Positions 60,305 through 64,000 of a stretch of DNA of 64,000 nucleotides are shown piece after piece (positions within the stretch are counted from its first letter, which is position 1; each line of letters begins with the position of its first letter). The notes below the pieces were generated by a model, which saw only the letters and a list, made by a program, of their open reading frames with translations, searched no databases and was not told the origin of the DNA. The stretch comes from Methanobacteriaceae archaeon (GTDB lineage Archaea; Methanobacteriota; Methanobacteria; Methanobacteriales; Methanobacteriaceae), in the NCBI GenBank assembly GCA_013403005.1, contig JACBOA010000004.1, positions 48,916-112,915 of the forward strand, read 5' to 3'. Made by a program: the position numbers and the translations under genes.

Positions 60305-60577
60305 ATGAAAATTGTAATCAGGCCCCTGCACATCATGAGCCTGGGGGGTTATATTGTGGAAACCGAGTTCCCCTACCGGAATGTGATTGTGGTCAACCCC
60401 ACAGAGGAACCCATAAAGTTAGAGGTGCCCGTATTTAATGAAGAATGGCTAGAAGAACAGAGCCAGTTAGGTCTTGAACTCATTCCCCTAACCGAGGAAG
60501 ATAACTATCTCAGCAGATTTCGCAAGGCTAAAGCCAAATTGGATAAATTGAAAACAGAACTTGCTAAGGGAGAATAA
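60305..60577 (+). CDS. ehbP: small hydrophilic protein at the end of the ehb cluster
   Basis: 90 aa with a coiled-coil C-terminus. Assigned by position only. Confidence 0.4.
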   Translation: MKIVIRPLHIMSLGGYIVETEFPYRNVIVVNPTEEPIKLEVPVFNEEWLEEQSQLGLELIPLTEEDNYLSRFRKAKAKLDKLKTELAKGE

Positions 60578-61422
60578 AATCAATATTCTTTTCTCAATAA
60601 GCTTTTTTTAAAGGAATTTTTTTTGAAATTTTAACTCCAATATTTAATATTTAGTAAATCCTTTTTTTCCTTTTTTAAATATTTTTTAGCAGGGTTAGAT
60701 TTGGATAAGTTTGCAGAAACCCTGAAAAGAATTGGATATTCAGCATCTTAGCTATATTTTTGAATCAAAACTAGCTGGATAATTTCATCAAATCTTTCAT
60801 TGATAATTTGCATAATATTTATCTCTTTCATCTCTATTCTAGATAATATAAGCTATTTGAGATGATCACAGGATGCTTAAAGCACTTTAACATCATCAAA
60901 AGTACTAATTATCATACAATTAATATGAAATCTTTCAAAGTAATATTGAGACAGAAAATATGATACTTTATTATTAAAACTTAGAAATTTTAATTTCAGG
61001 AGGCAATGGGTTCGGTATGGATTATATGGATGTTTAAATGTTCATTATATTTCATTTTTAGATAAATGGGGTTTTTTTGGTTATTAGATTACACAGCCTC
61101 TAGGCTTAATGATTTAAAGAAAGGGGCCTATGGTATAATAGTTCATAAGAGTTATATTTTTCATACATAGGCCATAATAAGGGCTTATTAATTTAAAAAA
61201 CAAACAAATAATGCTTATAAAAAATCAACTTTTCAAAATCCGTAGCATGTCCTCTAAATTGAAAAAAAAGCCTTAGAATTGTCTTTTTTTGAAGAATTCC
61301 ATCAAAATATTTATATAGTATAATGAAATGATCAATAGCTGTCCAAAAACGTCTGATGATCCTAGAAAAAGGATGTTAAGGGACATGGAGGCGGTAAAAT
61401 TAATAGAAAAATACTTTTCCCT

Positions 61423-63012
61423 GTGTTAGCGATAGCCATAACACTATTATGTATAAATGGAATTTATGCAACGAGTCAAATTGATGAACAAAACTTAACT
61501 GCTAACTCATCAACTTCTTTTAACAACAACACCTACTCAGGAAGCTCTAATTCAAACAACACATCTCAATTAAAGGGTGAATATGGTATTAGTGCTGATA
61601 TTCCTGCCAGCGGAGCAAGTGAACCAATCCCCAGTTTTACAATTGACCAAATAAAGATCAGTGCATCTATCGTAAGGAATTACATAGAAACTTACAATCA
61701 ACTTCCAGATAGGGTATTAGTAGGCACTACAAATGTTTCCATGCCTCAATTTTTAGAGCTTCTGGTCACAGCCACTCTTCAAATGAACAACGGGAACAAT
61801 GCTCCCATATTGCTATTAAATTTCACTGCACCAACTAGTCCTCTTGAAAACATTGTAGCTGGAAATATCTATAAAGCGGAGTATCTTAAATTGGCTAATG
61901 ATATTAAGAGTTACATGGATAGTAGTGGGAAGACTCCGGATTTTGCTTATGGAACCAGTTTGGGAACCTATCTTAGGTATGAGAATTTGGTTTATATGTA
62001 TAGTATGATCATGGACTATTACAATACTAGTGGTAAAAAAGCTGATTTTGCAGTTATGAAACCATGGCTTGTAGTTAAGGGAGATGTTCTTGCTACATTT
62101 TCTATTGATGATATTAAGGCAGCTGCGACTAATGTTAGGAATTATATTGAAAATTATTCGAAATTGCCGGATAGTGTGATGATCGGTGGTATTAATGTTT
62201 CCATGCCTCAGTTCTTAGAACTTCTAGTAACAGCAACCATTAAAGTAAACAATGGGAACACCAGCCTCATACCTCTAAGAAGCTATGCAACACCAACTTG
62301 TCCTATCGAATCCATCACTTCTGGAGTGATTCCTAAAGCGGAGTATCTTAAATTGGCTAATGATATTAAGAGTTACATGGATAGTAGTGGGAAGACTCCG
62401 GATTTTGCTTATGGAACCAGTTTGGGAACCTATCTTAGGTATGAGAATTTGGTTTATATGTATAGTATGATCATGGACTATTACAATACTAGTGGTAAAA
62501 AAGCTGATTTTGCAGTTATGAAACCATGGGTATTAATAATTTATAAATCACCTGCCGGGTTTGAACAATACACTGTAGCTACTACTAACTGCCAGTCCAA
62601 TGATCCAAGTATTATAGCACTGGCCAGCAGCATTACTGCAGGAGCATCTTCACCATATGAAATGGCTTTACGCATCTTTAACTGGGTTAGGGATAATATT
62701 AACTACGAGTTTTATTATAACACCCAGAAAGGTGCACTAGGCACTTTGAGCACAGGTGGAGGAAACTGTGTCGACACCACTCATTTGTTGATTGCCTTGG
62801 AAAGAGCTGTAGGAATACCTGCCAGATACGTCCATGGGTACTGTCAATTCAGTAGTGGTAGTTGGTACGGGCATGTATGGGCAGATATTTATGTAAATGG
62901 TATGTGGGTAGCTGCAGATGCAACTAGCTCCCGGAATAGCTTTGGATCCATAAATAATTGGAACACAGGAACATTCACATTAAAGGGTTACTACACCAGC
63001 CTACCATTCTGA
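61423..63012 (+). CDS. pseudomurein endoisopeptidase (Pei)-like protein: hydrophobic N-terminus, two pseudomurein-binding repeat units, C-terminal transglutaminase-like Cys-His-Asp protease domain
   Basis: PMB-repeat pattern IKISASIVRNYIETYNQLPDRVLVGTTNVSMPQFLELLVTA, repeated as IKAAATNVRNYIENYSKLPDSVMIGGINVSMPQFLELLVTA. Catalytic core GGGNCVDTTHLLIALERAVGIPARYVHG...YGHVWADIYV...AADATS. The ORF has only a GTG start. An ATG sits 38 bp upstream in the -1 frame. Confidence 0.65.
   Translation: MLAIAITLLCINGIYATSQIDEQNLTANSSTSFNNNTYSGSSNSNNTSQLKGEYGISADIPASGASEPIPSFTIDQIKISASIVRNYIETYNQLPDRVLVGTTNVSMPQFLELLVTATLQMNNGNNAPILLLNFTAPTSPLENIVAGNIYKAEYLKLANDIKSYMDSSGKTPDFAYGTSLGTYLRYENLVYMYSMIMDYYNTSGKKADFAVMKPWLVVKGDVLATFSIDDIKAAATNVRNYIENYSKLPDSVMIGGINVSMPQFLELLVTATIKVNNGNTSLIPLRSYATPTCPIESITSGVIPKAEYLKLANDIKSYMDSSGKTPDFAYGTSLGTYLRYENLVYMYSMIMDYYNTSGKKADFAVMKPWVLIIYKSPAGFEQYTVATTNCQSNDPSIIALASSITAGASSPYEMALRIFNWVRDNINYEFYYNTQKGALGTLSTGGGNCVDTTHLLIALERAVGIPARYVHGYCQFSSGSWYGHVWADIYVNGMWVAADATSSRNSFGSINNWNTGTFTLKGYYTSLPF
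61872..62529. repeat. perfect 196-bp direct repeat (61872-62067 and 62334-62529) inside the Pei-like gene
   Basis: The two copies are identical by direct comparison. They encode the same 65 aa (KAEYLKLANDIKSYMDSSGKTPDFAYGTSLGTYLRYENLVYMYSMIMDYYNTSGKKADFAVMKPW), while the flanking parts of the two PMB units have diverged. Confidence 0.85.
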
Positions 63013-63059
63013 GAGTCATACAATGAGAGAAAAAAATAGTATAAGAATCGACTAGTTTC

Positions 63060-63436
63060 ATGGTGCTATCGACATTTAAGGCCGTTATAATTGTTGGAAC
63101 ATTTGCTCTAGCAGCATTGGAGTTTCAAAGGAAGTATTATCACAAGCTAAACTAAATTTCCAATTTAAGCAGTTCCAATAAAGTTATAGTAACGCAAATA
63201 ATAAATAAAGGATTAAAGGAAGTGTTAAAATTAAAATATCTCCCTCAGAAGCCCAAAAAATTGCAGAAACTTATGTAAAAGAACCAGGAGCTAAGGTAGG
63301 AATACCTCAACTGGATGAAGTAAATGGTCAGATGATGTATATTGTTCCCATTGAAATCAATGGAAGTCCTGTAGGGGAAATAACCATCAATGCAGTTACT
63401 GGTGAAAACATGGGTGGTGCGGGAGGAGCACCTTGA
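63060..63436 (+). pseudogene. PepSY-domain protein disrupted by frameshift/nonsense
   Basis: Frame 0: MVLSTFKAVIIVGTFALAALEFQRKYYHKLN*, a signal-anchor helix, ending at 63155. A different frame is open from 63209 with no start codon: ...ISPSEAQKIAETYVKEPGAKVGIPQLDEVNGQMMYIVPIEINGSPVGEITINAVTGENMGG*. That is a canonical PepSY fold signature (...E.E.G..VYEV....NG.EV.VDA.TG). Confidence 0.45.
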
Positions 63437-63681
63437 AACTGGTAGATTTCCTATCATTTTTTTTAAATAAATTCATTTTTTTAATCTATCAATCATCCTC
63501 TTAAATTATTTCTTTTTTTTAATTAGGACTATCCATTGCTTTCATGTTAACTATGATCTGATTAAACTCTTTAATCAGGTTTAAACCGGGTTTTCATGCG
63601 AGCAACCCTCAAAGCCAGAGCCATAGTTAACAACATGGTGGGCATCCCCTGGGAACGGGGTACCAGAGAAAGATCAGCCAC

Positions 63682-64000
63682 CTAAAAACCTTCAGGAAGC
63701 CATGAAGGCCTCATATTTATTACATCTTCTTTTTTAAGGGGCACAGTACCGCCCAAGTGACCGGCGTTATACATACCCTGTATGAATGGTCCTGAAACAC
63801 CTGCTCCTTCCATTATCTCTTGACCCTGAATCAGGGCCTCATCCATATGTTCTCGATCATGCAGGGTCAGAGCTTTTTCCACTTTTCCATTGGCTAAAAC
63901 TGTACCACTTTCAGTATCTGCCAGTTTCACCATGATGCCCACTCGGTTCTCTAGAGATACCTTTCTCCAGGGCTGGTGGAAGAGGTGGGAAAATATGTCC
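63682..64000 (-). CDS. hypothetical protein, C-terminal ~105 aa (gene starts beyond window end)
   Basis: The minus-strand frame is open from the window edge. Sequence is ...[73 protein letters not shown]. No confident family. Confidence 0.35.
   Translation of the reverse strand, partial: DIFSHLFHQPWRKVSLENRVGIMVKLADTESGTVLANGKVEKALTLHDREHMDEALIQGQEIMEGAGVSGPFIQGMYNAGHLGGTVPLKKEDVINMRPSWLPEGF

Overview
The window looks like chromosomal DNA from an AT-rich hydrogenotrophic methanogen of the order Methanobacteriales, most likely Methanobacterium or a close relative. Evidence for this is a methyl-coenzyme M reductase operon in the order B-D-G-A with no C gene (the MCR isoenzyme II layout, mrtBDGA); a complete energy-converting hydrogenase B operon (ehbA-P) with a 14-cluster polyferredoxin; ftr; a DNA polymerase B gene that ends just after motif C, as in the split PolB of Methanobacteriales; and a secreted protein that combines pseudomurein-binding repeats with a transglutaminase-like cysteine-protease domain (pseudomurein endoisopeptidase, Pei-like).

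The 5' end carries a Type III restriction-modification pair (mod and res) that ends against a tRNA-Leu(CAG) gene, which may mark an island boundary. A tRNA-Cys and an intron-containing tRNA-Trp lie at about 27.8-28.1 kb; the tRNA-Trp intron holds a box C/D guide RNA aimed at C34.

Between about 8 and 15 kb there is an accessory-looking stretch with two GNAT genes, a SAM methyltransferase, a CPBP protease, two MBL hydrolases, a flavodoxin, and a PadR regulator whose upstream region carries palindromic operators. This stretch also holds several decayed gene fragments: an ABC ATPase N-terminus, a flavodoxin N-terminus and, further on, a proC C-terminus and a PepSY gene.

Candidates I could not assign to a known system are:
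- an acetoacetate-decarboxylase-family / SDR / 800-aa DUF362-like three-gene cluster;
- a GT2 glycosyltransferase fused to a CheY-like receiver domain;
- a K+ channel / RCK protein with three tandem C-terminal repeats of about 120 aa;
- a pair of paralogous small His-rich membrane proteins beside an orphan SagB-type dehydrogenase;
- a repeat-rich 5' region of the mrt operon.

No CRISPR array, transposase or integrase was seen.
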